NCBI GenBank assembly: GCA_002497285.1
Contig: DANJ01000026.1
Coordinates: 1 to 50,025, forward strand
DNA from: Candidatus Pacearchaeota archaeon UBA92
GTDB lineage: Archaea; Nanobdellota; Nanobdellia; Pacearchaeales; GW2011-AR1
Direction: 5' to 3'
DNA: 50,025 bases
The notes beneath the pieces were generated by a model. The model saw nothing but the letters and a program-made list of their open reading frames with translations, had not been told where the DNA came from and searched no databases. The first letter of the stretch is position 1; each line of letters opens with the position of its first letter. The position numbers were made by a program, and so were the translations under genes. Of the stretch, positions 34,598 to 43,830 are shown one piece after another.

Positions 34598-35350
34598 ATG
34601 AATATAATTGATAAGATAAAGGCAAAGAAAGAGCTTTCGGGAATTCCTGACTCTATCGTTCTAGAATTGATAAAAAAGCACAATTTTAATCCTTTATCAG
34701 AGAAAGATGAAAAAATAGTTATAAAAGAGATAAGGCGAGAATTAAGGAATTATGTTGGTAGATTCAAGGCGATAAAAAATCCTGAAAAATTAATAGAACA
34801 GAATAAAATAGAAGAAATATTAAAATCACATTCTTCAACAAGAGAACGTCTAAATTTTTATAAAACACTCAAAGAAACTATCTCCTCTCTCAATCCAAAA
34901 TCAATTTTAGATTTGGGATGCGGTCTAAATCCATTAGCTCTGGCTGATAAAAGGTATTTTTATTATGCTTCAGACATAGATGAAAAAAACCTCGAACTAA
35001 TTCAATTATTTTTCAAGAAGTCAGGCATAAAAGGAAAGACTTTTATCTCGGACTTAAGAAAAATCCCTTTATTGCCCAAGGCAGATTTATGTTTAATCCT
35101 TAAGGTAATAGATATTCTTAAATTGTCTCATAAAAAAGTTGAGGACTTAATCAAATCCTTAGAATGTAACATAATAATAGTCAGTTTTTCAACAGTAACC
35201 CTTTCAGGGAAACCAATGAATAACAAAAAAAGGCAATGGTTTGAAACGCTAATAAAAAAAATAGGTTATACTTTTAAAATTTTAAACTACGAAAACGAAA
35301 TTTTTTACATCATTAAAAAGCTGGAACAGGAGGACCTAGAAATAATTTAG
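34598..35350 (+). CDS. 16S rRNA (guanine1405-N7)-methyltransferase family homologue (ArmA/Rmt, FmrO-type)
   Basis: Collinear matches to recalled ArmA/RmtB motifs: KSHSSTRERL, ILDLGCGLNPLAL, YYASDID, DLCLILKVIDIL, IVSFSTVTLSGK, WFE, EIFYIIKK. The ~250 aa size also fits. Confidence 0.7.
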   Translation: MNIIDKIKAKKELSGIPDSIVLELIKKHNFNPLSEKDEKIVIKEIRRELRNYVGRFKAIKNPEKLIEQNKIEEILKSHSSTRERLNFYKTLKETISSLNPKSILDLGCGLNPLALADKRYFYYASDIDEKNLELIQLFFKKSGIKGKTFISDLRKIPLLPKADLCLILKVIDILKLSHKKVEDLIKSLECNIIIVSFSTVTLSGKPMNNKKRQWFETLIKKIGYTFKILNYENEIFYIIKKLEQEDLEII

Positions 35351-36170
35351 TTCCTGTTGAGATAATAAACGCTAAGAAGGTAAGTACAAATGAATGTTTT
35401 ATTCCAGCCTTAATTGTTCCCTCAGAAAGTTTTCCTATTGTTAATCCTGCACAAATTCCCTGAATCAGGAGCAGATAAAGGAAAGGTCTTGCCAATTGTT
35501 CAGGTGTTGCAACAGCACCGCTTCCAAAGCCTCCAAAGCTGCCTATCCCCTCAAGGCTACTGATTCCAGAAGTCAAAGGAAGTATTTTAAATTCCATTAT
35601 AAGCATGATGCCCACAAAAATTAAAAATATTATATATCCCTGTACAACTAAGCTGTATATTGCAGATTTTCTTTCTTTCTTCAATTTCTCTATCTGATTC
35701 ACTGAACTTGCAACAGAATCAAGAATCATATCAATCTCTCCTCCAGCAGACTCAGCGTCCCTTATAGAGGATATTGCTCTTTTTATTGTGTTACTCTCTA
35801 CTTCTATAGAAAAGGTTTCAAAAGCCCTACTCAATGGAATGCCTAAAGAAATCTGATTCGCAAGTTTTTTAATATGGGGAGACAAAGAACCAAAATTTTT
35901 GTCTTTCATATTGTTAATGCTAGTGCTTATAGGAGTTCCAGTCTTAACGCTTTCAGCAAGATTTCTTGAAAACTCCAGAAACATTTCATTCTTTTCTCTT
36001 TCTCTACTGCTTTCAACAAGAATAGCAAGCAGAAATGGAAGGAAAAATATCGCGACAGCTATACCAAAGAGAAATAGGAAAATGTCATCTCCAATAAAAA
36101 AGATTAAGTCCAATACTAAAATAATCGAGGAAAAGCTTATTCCTATCCAGTGGGGTTTTGTTAATTTCAT
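35313..36170 (-). CDS. Pilus/secretion platform protein, T2SSF (FlaJ/TadC-like) domain
   Basis: Polytopic membrane protein with a cytoplasmic helical T2SSF-like domain (LEFSRNLAESVKTGTPISTSI...LSRAFETFS). Its ATG lies next to the upstream gene's stop (taa a atg). Confidence 0.7.
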   Translation of the reverse strand: MKLTKPHWIGISFSSIILVLDLIFFIGDDIFLFLFGIAVAIFFLPFLLAILVESSREREKNEMFLEFSRNLAESVKTGTPISTSINNMKDKNFGSLSPHIKKLANQISLGIPLSRAFETFSIEVESNTIKRAISSIRDAESAGGEIDMILDSVASSVNQIEKLKKERKSAIYSLVVQGYIIFLIFVGIMLIMEFKILPLTSGISSLEGIGSFGGFGSGAVATPEQLARPFLYLLLIQGICAGLTIGKLSEGTIKAGIKHSFVLTFLAFIISTGTKLFLGPPVPAF

Positions 36171-36171
36171 T

Positions 36172-37455
36172 TTAGTAGTTTGGTTGCTTCAAATGAAGGA
36201 ATATAAGGAATAAAACGTTTACTATTGCAACAACAAAGATAATTAAGAAGCTCATAACATTGATATCAACGCCTAATGAGATTCCCGAAACAGAAATCAT
36301 CACAAGCAAGAGGAGTAATATCATCGGAGTTGCTATAACGACGCTGATATAAATATCCATAAATGTTTCAGCAACTTTGGTAAACTTCTCTCTTTCTAAA
36401 GCATATTCATTAAGCAAGGTGTCCGCTCTTTTTTCAAAAAAAGTACCCAAATCACCTCCAGAGCTAATTGTTGTGCTCAATCCACCAAGCAATTCAGAAA
36501 GTTTTATGCTAGGCGTTGTTCTTGAAACATTGTTAAGGGCAGTTACAAGATCATAACCGTAGATATTAATCTGATTAAGAAGCTTAATTATTTCCTTTCC
36601 TGCACATTTGTAATCTTCACTAGTACCAATTATCTTGAATATCTCAACCGGCTCTATACCACTTCCAGATATTGAACCCATTTGAATAACTACAAAAGGA
36701 AGTTCTTGGTCTATTCTACTTCCAACAGATCTTTTTTCCGCTCCGGGATAAAGATATAGACTAAACCATGTTCCAAGCGGAATTACTAAAACTAACCAAG
36801 AAAGCTTAAGCAGTCTAAACAAATACCCTCCATCATATAAACCTATAAATGGAAAACTTGAACTTACACCAACAAATACGAGAACGGTTGTCAAAACAAT
36901 ACCAAATAGGAAACCGATAACAGTGCTCATAATCATAAGAGAAATATAAGTCGAGCTTAATATGTTCAAATTACTTTTTTTCAAATCGCTAATCAGACTC
37001 TTAAAATCTCCCCTTTTAAGCCACTTTTGCGAAGTGTTAAGAAAAAATCCATTAGCAAATCTTGAATATAGACCTGCCCCCCTATAATTATCTCTTGCAA
37101 CTGTTTCATGTGCACGTTTCTTATTTAATCTCCTTATCAAATCTTTGCTTATTCTTAGTTCATGTTCATACCTCACAGAATCTTTTTTATTAATTGAAAC
37201 TCTTTTATTTTCTTCTTCAATCTCTTTAAAATTAGCCCGTTTCACATCGTTGAATTTTTTAGCCAAAGAAACATGCAATACTAGATTTGAAACAGCCCCA
37301 TTTACAAGTTTCAACCTGTTTTTCAAAGAATTAACCATTCCTAATATTAACTCACGTTCATTAGAATTTGCATATTCAGCCTTATTCAAAAAATTCACAA
37401 GCTCAACAGCCAATTTCTCTTCTGTTTCAATATTTGCCCTTAGTTCATCAAGCAT
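36172..37455 (-). CDS. Pilus/secretion platform protein, T2SSF (FlaJ/TadB-like) domain
   Basis: N-terminal coiled region plus TMs plus a T2SSF-like domain (ELPFVVIQMGSISGSGIEPVEIFKII...LNNVSRTTPS). The ATG at 37455 is preferred over the TTG at 37464. Confidence 0.7.
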   Translation of the reverse strand: MLDELRANIETEEKLAVELVNFLNKAEYANSNERELILGMVNSLKNRLKLVNGAVSNLVLHVSLAKKFNDVKRANFKEIEEENKRVSINKKDSVRYEHELRISKDLIRRLNKKRAHETVARDNYRGAGLYSRFANGFFLNTSQKWLKRGDFKSLISDLKKSNLNILSSTYISLMIMSTVIGFLFGIVLTTVLVFVGVSSSFPFIGLYDGGYLFRLLKLSWLVLVIPLGTWFSLYLYPGAEKRSVGSRIDQELPFVVIQMGSISGSGIEPVEIFKIIGTSEDYKCAGKEIIKLLNQINIYGYDLVTALNNVSRTTPSIKLSELLGGLSTTISSGGDLGTFFEKRADTLLNEYALEREKFTKVAETFMDIYISVVIATPMILLLLLVMISVSGISLGVDINVMSFLIIFVVAIVNVLFLIFLHLKQPNY

Positions 37456-37456
37456 T

Positions 37457-37621
37457 TTAATCAATAAGGCTCCCTATTTTTTTTTGCAGGTTTAATATTT
37501 CTTTTTTCACACTCTCAAGACCTTTTTCATCTTTCTTATTGTATGCATTCTCAAGCTTAGAAACAGATTCTTTCAAAGTCCCAACAAGCTGAATTAGAAT
37601 AATCCCCTCTTCTTTTCTCAT
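37457..37621 (-). CDS. Small coiled-coil hypothetical protein (54 aa) between ATPase and platform genes
   Basis: MRKEEGIILIQLVGTLKESVSKLENAYNKKDEKGLESVKKEILNLQKKIGSLID*. Its stop is 1 nt from the next ATG. It is below the track cutoff. Confidence 0.4.
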   Translation of the reverse strand: MRKEEGIILIQLVGTLKESVSKLENAYNKKDEKGLESVKKEILNLQKKIGSLID

Positions 37622-37721
37622 GTTAAAACTATCTCTTCTCCCTAATTTTTAATAGTTTTAAGATATAAAAATCTTTGATTTTTTTCATGCTCTAAGAAGC
37701 AAAATGACGTTTATATATTTT

Positions 37722-40700
37722 TCAACCCAACCCAAATCTTCTTAAAACATCCGCTGGATTTATGTAATAATCATTTATGATTCGCTGTACCTCTGTAAAA
37801 CCAAACACTTTATTCTGATACATTGAATACAACAGTCTAGCTCGCAATATAAACTCCTTCTGCAATACCTCAGTAGAAAGACCATATCTTTCAGCAATCT
37901 TTTCAAAGACTTTACTCTGTTTCTTAAAATAAAATATATCTTCTTTAGGATTCCATGAAAAAGGGGTATTTATTATCGCTCCGCCATCAGGATTAACATT
38001 GACAATTTCAACAATTTCTCTAAGTCTTCTTGTCTGTTTCTTCTTGACTATCGCATGAGAAATAACAGTTACACAGTCAAGTGTATTTACTAGAGAAGGC
38101 GATAGGCTGATAGGGGGAGTTTGCAATCTTCTTATCATTGTTTCAAGAGAATCAGCGTGGATAGTACCCATAGATGGATGTCCTGAAGCCATACCTTGGA
38201 AAAGTACGAACGCCTCTTTACCTCTAACTTCTCCCACAATTACATAATCTGGGTTCTGTCTAAATGAGTTTTTAAGAAGATCAAATAAATCAACCTCTCC
38301 GATTTTTCCTACACCTATAGAAGTTCTAGCGACAGAAGGTATCCAGTTCTCTCTAGGCAAGTTTAGTTCTCTTGTGTTATGGACAAAAATGTTGTTGCAC
38401 AGGAACTTTTCATGCTTTGGTATGCTCAAGTCAAACACCTCTGTTTCACTGCTTTCCAGCTTTTTTATCTTTTTAACCTTGTCCCAATAAATATCGTTAT
38501 GTGACAGGTCATTAAATTCACAGCCAGCAGGCGCAATTCTCTGCATATAATTTCTGCCTATATTCTGCCTTCCGGCAAGATAATGATTCTGAAGCTTTTC
38601 TAGGCTTATTTCTCTTAACTCTTTAATTTTTCCAGCAGACATAGGAATTATATCTAAAACTGTATGATGTGCTGTTTTATTCATCCGGTTTAGTATCAGG
38701 TTTTTCCTGTCCTGCAGGAATCCTATCTCTTTGAACTTTTGAATATTTTCAGAAGAGGAGATTGATAAGTTAATACACTTATCTTTTCTGTTAAAGTCAT
38801 TTATGCGGGAGATAATTCCATATCTAAGAAACAAAGACTGCATCTCCTGAAGCAGCTCATAACTTTGGGAAGCGCATGAGACTTCGTTCTTTTTAACGCA
38901 GCCGTCTGCACTGAAATATCCCTGTATAAATAGTTTAAGCTGTTCATTAGATAATCCGGAAATGAATGAGGGTATCTTTTTAGTATTGGAGTATCCATCA
39001 AATTTTAGGACATATTTCATCAGCTTATAGAATACAGTGCTGTGTATCCTAAGGGAAACCCCCCCATCATCCATCGCAGAATATTTGGAATTTAAATATT
39101 TGGCCACATTTTTGAAGACGCCTATACACTCCTTGTCTACATTTGATATTATCACAGAGTTCTTGTTATGGTTATCATAGCTTCCATCTCCAAGCCAAAG
39201 CCCGCAAAATTTCAGGAATTCATCAGTTATCTCAAATAGGACAGGTATTGAAGAAGTATTTTTGCTCTTAATCTTTATATTTTTGATTTCTTCTCTTGAA
39301 AAACTGATTCCTAACTTAATAAAATCATTCACTTTTATTATATTATTTTTTCTCCACCATCTATAACATTCCTTTTCAACACCAAGCTTGTGATAATCAT
39401 ATCCCGATAGCATTCTTTTGATAGGTTCTCCCTGCAGAAAATCGTCTCTGAAATGGTCTAAGTAATCCATGAGATTTATCTCTTTCCTGATAAGACATGA
39501 TATAGGAAGCATTCTAGGGACTGCGATAAAGGATTTTCCTTCAACAAGTTCTGTCGGCTTAATTTCCTTAAAATTATTATTTTCTCCCAGACAGAAGAGA
39601 GAATGGTCTTGCGTCACATTAACCTTTCTTCCGGTTGCAGTAGTCACTTCATATATCTCTTTCTTTACAAGATGTTTGATATGGCTTGACGGCTTTGTCC
39701 AGATTATTTTGCCTCTTTCATCTGCTGTTAAAACTTCCGCATCCATTTTCTCATCCACAAACTCTTTTATCGTGATGTTGCTGATTTCTTCTCCCTTTCT
39801 GATTATTATCCTGGAATCCCCTGTAACGCTATCCTCTATACTTACTACTCTAGATTCAGGAGGAATGAAAAAAGCAAGGGCATTGAGTAAAGTCGTTTTA
39901 CCAGAAGCTGTTCCCCCAATTATGAAGATATTTGATTTATATTGCAAAAGTATCCAGAAATAAGCAAGCATCTCAGGACTTAAAGTATTCAACGCAATCA
40001 ATTGTGTTGGTGTCCATGGAACTCTTGTGAACTTTCTTATAGTAAATGTAGGACCTCTAGAAGTAATATCTTTTGTATATGTAGCATTAACTCTGCTCCC
40101 ATCACTAAGCGTTCCATCAAGCAAAGGCTGGGCATAAGAGATATGTCTTCCAGCTCTCTGTGACAGTTTTTCAACAAAACTTGCAAGCGTTTCTATATCA
40201 TCAAACTTAACATTAGTCCTTATATTTCTATAAATTCTATGAACAATGTAGATTGGAGTATTGACACCATTACATTCAATATCTTCTATAAAATAATCAT
40301 TAAGCAGGGAATCCACTTCGTTAAAACCAACAAAGTTTCTATATAGATAGTAAGAAAGTTTTTCATAACTCCCCATACTAATTTTAATATTCAGTTCTTT
40401 TATAAGCAATCTCGCAGTCTTATCGATATAATCAAGTATCTTGTCAGGAGTTCTTTCAATAACTAAATTAACATTTACCAATTCAGTCATCCCTTTCTCA
40501 AGTTTGTCCAAAACATCTTTTTCATAGGAATCCAGAAAAGGTTCTTCAACCTCATAAACCAATTCTTTTGAGCCTTGGTTCCAACTTATATGGGCATTAG
40601 CATAAGGGGATGTTAAGGAATATCTAATATCTACTTGCGTCTTATCATTCATCCTTGGCAAAGCAGGAACTACAGGATGAGCATTAATATTTATCACCAT
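37722..40700 (-). CDS. Type IV pilus/archaellum-type secretion ATPase (GspE/FlaI/VirB11 superfamily) interrupted by an intein
   Basis: Exteins (aa 1-290 and 776-992) carry Walker A GGTASGKTT, Asp box SIED|TRE, Walker B YVIVGEVRGKEA and His box GHPSMGTIHA. Confidence 0.9.
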   Translation of the reverse strand: MVININAHPVVPALPRMNDKTQVDIRYSLTSPYANAHISWNQGSKELVYEVEEPFLDSYEKDVLDKLEKGMTELVNVNLVIERTPDKILDYIDKTARLLIKELNIKISMGSYEKLSYYLYRNFVGFNEVDSLLNDYFIEDIECNGVNTPIYIVHRIYRNIRTNVKFDDIETLASFVEKLSQRAGRHISYAQPLLDGTLSDGSRVNATYTKDITSRGPTFTIRKFTRVPWTPTQLIALNTLSPEMLAYFWILLQYKSNIFIIGGTASGKTTLLNALAFFIPPESRVVSIEDSVTGDSRIIIRKGEEISNITIKEFVDEKMDAEVLTADERGKIIWTKPSSHIKHLVKKEIYEVTTATGRKVNVTQDHSLFCLGENNNFKEIKPTELVEGKSFIAVPRMLPISCLIRKEINLMDYLDHFRDDFLQGEPIKRMLSGYDYHKLGVEKECYRWWRKNNIIKVNDFIKLGISFSREEIKNIKIKSKNTSSIPVLFEITDEFLKFCGLWLGDGSYDNHNKNSVIISNVDKECIGVFKNVAKYLNSKYSAMDDGGVSLRIHSTVFYKLMKYVLKFDGYSNTKKIPSFISGLSNEQLKLFIQGYFSADGCVKKNEVSCASQSYELLQEMQSLFLRYGIISRINDFNRKDKCINLSISSSENIQKFKEIGFLQDRKNLILNRMNKTAHHTVLDIIPMSAGKIKELREISLEKLQNHYLAGRQNIGRNYMQRIAPAGCEFNDLSHNDIYWDKVKKIKKLESSETEVFDLSIPKHEKFLCNNIFVHNTRELNLPRENWIPSVARTSIGVGKIGEVDLFDLLKNSFRQNPDYVIVGEVRGKEAFVLFQGMASGHPSMGTIHADSLETMIRRLQTPPISLSPSLVNTLDCVTVISHAIVKKKQTRRLREIVEIVNVNPDGGAIINTPFSWNPKEDIFYFKKQSKVFEKIAERYGLSTEVLQKEFILRARLLYSMYQNKVFGFTEVQRIINDYYINPADVLRRFGLG
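38376..39830 (-). mobile_element. 485-aa intein with LAGLIDADG homing-endonuclease domain
   Basis: Junctions are SIED|SVTGDS... and ...NNIFVHN|TRELN. Block B is VTQDHSLF. LAGLIDADG motifs are CGLWLGDGSYD and IQGYFSADGCV. Ser1 and Thr+1 are the nucleophiles. Coordinates were checked at codon level. Confidence 0.85.
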
Positions 40701-40743
40701 TTTATAATTTCAGATAGCAAATTTTTTATTTAAACCTTCACAT

Positions 40744-41262
40744 TCAGCCAAATTCTTCAATTTGAATCACTTCTCTATCATTTTCAAATCCCTTATTGCT
40801 TAATGAAAATCTATAAGGCGTTGGAGCAGCAGTGAACTTTTTTAGGGCATTTTCCTGAAATACCAAATCGCTATCATAATACAAGGTCAAGGTTATCTTA
40901 TTATTAATACTTCCTTCTTCAGTAAGAATTTTTATTCTGCCTATTTCAGTTTCTATTCCAGGCTCCGAATATAAAACTCGGCTATCTTCAATAACATAAT
41001 AAATTTTATCTTCTGTTAAATCAAAATATAAATCGCCTCTTTTCATACCGAATTCAACATTCCTTACATTTCCTGGACCTTCTTGAATAACTTCAGAAAT
41101 CTTGGAATCCAGTCCCTTCAAAGAATCTATTGTTTGGTCTATTATCGCTTTATCCTTGAATTCATTTATTTTAGGAGTTGCAAAAGCAAGGACAAGCCCT
41201 ATTAGAACAAGCCCTATAAGTGTATAAATTACAGTCTCAATCCAGATTTGTCCCTTTTTCAT
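40744..41262 (-). CDS. Class III signal-peptide (type IV pilin-like) protein
   Basis: MKKG/QIWIETVIYTLIGLVLIGLVLAF (Glu at +5). Confidence 0.7.
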   Translation of the reverse strand: MKKGQIWIETVIYTLIGLVLIGLVLAFATPKINEFKDKAIIDQTIDSLKGLDSKISEVIQEGPGNVRNVEFGMKRGDLYFDLTEDKIYYVIEDSRVLYSEPGIETEIGRIKILTEEGSINNKITLTLYYDSDLVFQENALKKFTAAPTPYRFSLSNKGFENDREVIQIEEFG

Positions 41263-41268
41263 CTGCAG

Positions 41269-41826
41269 TTAGCATACTCCATTCACTAAACAATCAACAA
41301 TATCATTTCTTGGACACAGATTGGGTTCAAATTGACCACTTTGTTCACATTGTTCCCCATCTTTCAGTATCGGATAAATTTCAAAACTATCCACTGCGCC
41401 ATTGTAAACATAAGTTCTAATTCCTCCTTCTCCAGGAAACTCAAGGGGATATATTTCTTCGCCCCCAAATAACCCATCTCCAAGCATTTTCAAATCTGGA
41501 GAGCTTACACCATCAACTATCTTATATCTATCTGACGCCCCGCCCTTAACCGCTAAAAGGGTGAATCCCTGAACCTTATCACTATTAACACTAACAGAAA
41601 ATCCTGTGACTTCACCTTGAGTTCCACTATAACACCCATATTCGGTTCCATGAAAAGATATATCTCCTAAAACTTCAAAGCATCCCTTTCCCTCTCCAAG
41701 CCTGTCATTTATGAAAGGGATAAGAAAAACAGCAATCATTGTAGCAGCAACAACAGTTATCATTATAATCAGCACAGTCGCCACAACCGGCGACAAACCT
41801 CTCTTATTCATCACTCTCTTATTCAT
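41269..41826 (-). CDS. Archaeal type IV pilin (KRGLSPVVATVL N-terminus)
   Basis: (MNKRV)MNKRG/LSPVVATVLIIMITVVAATMIAVF is the archaeal pilin N-terminal domain pattern. It is a paralogue of the next gene. Confidence 0.8.
   Translation of the reverse strand: MNKRVMNKRGLSPVVATVLIIMITVVAATMIAVFLIPFINDRLGEGKGCFEVLGDISFHGTEYGCYSGTQGEVTGFSVSVNSDKVQGFTLLAVKGGASDRYKIVDGVSSPDLKMLGDGLFGGEEIYPLEFPGEGGIRTYVYNGAVDSFEIYPILKDGEQCEQSGQFEPNLCPRNDIVDCLVNGVC
41771..41802 (-). repeat. 32-nt exact repeat shared by the two pilin genes (copy 1; copy 2 at 42273..42304)
   Basis: agcacagtcgccacaaccggcgacaaacctct is identical at both sites. It encodes RGLSPVVATVL and contains the palindrome gtcgcc-acaacc-ggcgac. Confidence 0.9.
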
Positions 41827-41845
41827 TTTAACTTTTTATACCTTT

Positions 41846-42325
41846 TTAATTTATTTCAATCGGAAATCCAAATGCATCATCGCAAGTATATGCAACTCTT
41901 TCAGCTCCAGATTGGCCTAAAATTATAGGTACAATTAATAGATTTTTAGATCTCGAATCTAAATCTTCTAATTCAATCTCTCTGCTTTCTCCAACACTAA
42001 GAGTTCTTCCAAAAGGCTCCTTTGTATTAACTTTGGAAGCTGCTCCAGGCCTGATTTCCTTTACAACAACCCCATAGAGGGGCACGTTTCCCCTATTAAC
42101 TAATCCGATTTTATTTCCAGTCGCAACATAATCTGCAACGAAATCAACACTCTTCTCATGATTTCCACACGAATATTCGACGGCTTGTCCAAATTTCTGC
42201 ACTCTTTCAGAAACAAAACCCTTTGCCCATAAGAATATAATTAAAGCAATAACAATCACAATCGTTATCAATAGCACAGTCGCCACAACCGGCGACAAAC
42301 CTCTTTTTTTATTCCCCAAATGCAT
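41846..42325 (-). CDS. Archaeal type IV pilin (KRGLSPVVATVL N-terminus)
   Basis: MHLGNKKRG/LSPVVATVLLITIVIVIALIIF. Confidence 0.8.
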   Translation of the reverse strand: MHLGNKKRGLSPVVATVLLITIVIVIALIIFLWAKGFVSERVQKFGQAVEYSCGNHEKSVDFVADYVATGNKIGLVNRGNVPLYGVVVKEIRPGAASKVNTKEPFGRTLSVGESREIELEDLDSRSKNLLIVPIILGQSGAERVAYTCDDAFGFPIEIN

Positions 42326-42399
42326 ATCTAAACTAGAGACGAGGACTTTTTAATCTTTCCCATGGTACAAAAAACTTATAGTAAATATAAATTTCACTA

Positions 42400-43830
42400 T
42401 TAAACAGGATAGGTATTGTGTCCGACTTCTCCATTCTCGTCATTACAAATAGAGGGGTTCCAGGAGCTCCCATCAACTACGATTCTGTGGGTTTCAATCC
42501 GATTATTCGCATCCTTAACATAACCTATAAACTCATGAACTCCAGTTTTTAGATTATTAAAATCAACAGATCCCAACATAGTATTACAACTCTCAAACAT
42601 AATTAGTCCTCTGCCCTGTCCATTATATATATGATCTATATAACATCCATAATCTCCAGGAAGTAATAAATCATATTTTCTTTCTATAAATTCATAGCCG
42701 ACACTATAATCACATTCATCAGAACCCCACTGTCCCAAATCAGTTAAAGTGACGTCAGGATCAACCAACACTCCGAAAGCCTGATTATATTCCTGACTAT
42801 TCGCAGTAAATTTCAAATTGTAATTGCCCACATCACTATCAATACTAAACAATTCTTTAGGCATTGGAAAATTACTTTCTGAACAGCTATCTAATCTATT
42901 CTTAAGCCCCCCCTGATAATCAAACAATTCTACTCTACACTCCGTCTGGCCGCTAAACCCATAATCAAGAGGGATATATCCCACCCCATTAAGCACTTTG
43001 TCCTTAAATTCATAAGGTGGACTAGATACAGGGGAATCTAATCTGAAATTTCCAGGCTGTGAATTCACACTAAATCTCTTAGTATCACTCGCCTCTTCTT
43101 GATTTAGAGTATTCTTCACGTGAACTATAAGGGTATAAGAATCTTCATTCAACATTCCAAGATTTACAGGAGAAATACAATCGACGATAGGAACATCACC
43201 AGATTCACTAAGTTCCCCATTAAGATTATACCAGCAAGTAGGCTCTTGCCCATTATAAATTGTAAATGCTAAAGGCACTTCTTCCCCAGGGTCATAGCTT
43301 TGCCCTTGAGATGGCTCCGTAATCTCCACAGATAAAACACTTCCCAAACATTCAATTTCCTGTTTAATGATTGCCTTATTACACAAAACCCACTCATCGT
43401 CAACAAACAAGGCAGGCTCAATTTCAACAACCCTTGTTCCAGTTTCACTATAACTATAAGTCATTGGCTCTCCATTTTTGGGCCACAACGCCGACGGAGG
43501 AAGTCCTTTTTCATTGAAATAATCAAAGAATCTGACATTATCTGCATTTAAAAGAGTCTTATATTCTCTCCCAGGTTCTCCAATTCTTATATACGCTCCA
43601 TCAAGACTAAATAATCCTCGATTCATCATCTGTATTCTCACAGCTCCATTCTGACAACTCAATTCTTCAATGCTCAACGCAATATTATCTGGACAAACAG
43701 GCTGGTTGGTAGGAACATAAACTTTCATAAATGTAAAGACAAGGGTAGCAAGAGCAACAGCAATAACTACTAAAATCACATATCCAATCATAATGCTAAC
43801 CCCTTTATCCTGTTGCAACAAACCTTTCAT
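42400..43830 (-). CDS. Large class III signal-peptide protein (476 aa; putative pilus-associated or tip protein)
   Basis: MKGLLQQDKG/VSIMIGYVILVVIAVALATLVF, then a Cys-containing beta-rich ectodomain. Confidence 0.65.
   Translation of the reverse strand: MKGLLQQDKGVSIMIGYVILVVIAVALATLVFTFMKVYVPTNQPVCPDNIALSIEELSCQNGAVRIQMMNRGLFSLDGAYIRIGEPGREYKTLLNADNVRFFDYFNEKGLPPSALWPKNGEPMTYSYSETGTRVVEIEPALFVDDEWVLCNKAIIKQEIECLGSVLSVEITEPSQGQSYDPGEEVPLAFTIYNGQEPTCWYNLNGELSESGDVPIVDCISPVNLGMLNEDSYTLIVHVKNTLNQEEASDTKRFSVNSQPGNFRLDSPVSSPPYEFKDKVLNGVGYIPLDYGFSGQTECRVELFDYQGGLKNRLDSCSESNFPMPKELFSIDSDVGNYNLKFTANSQEYNQAFGVLVDPDVTLTDLGQWGSDECDYSVGYEFIERKYDLLLPGDYGCYIDHIYNGQGRGLIMFESCNTMLGSVDFNNLKTGVHEFIGYVKDANNRIETHRIVVDGSSWNPSICNDENGEVGHNTYPV

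Noticed and set aside
35313-37464. The two adjacent T2SSF-domain ORFs, considered as a frameshifted single FlaJ gene.
   Set aside because: The junction is a clean stop (taa), one nucleotide, then ATG, with each ORF having its own TM set. This is consistent with a TadB/TadC-like two-gene arrangement rather than a disrupted gene.
38801-39001. Track ORF 38801..39001 (minus strand, out of frame) inside the intein region, considered as a separate endonuclease gene.
   Set aside because: The LAGLIDADG domain is in frame with the host ATPase ORF. The short ORF is an overlapping alternative frame without motifs.
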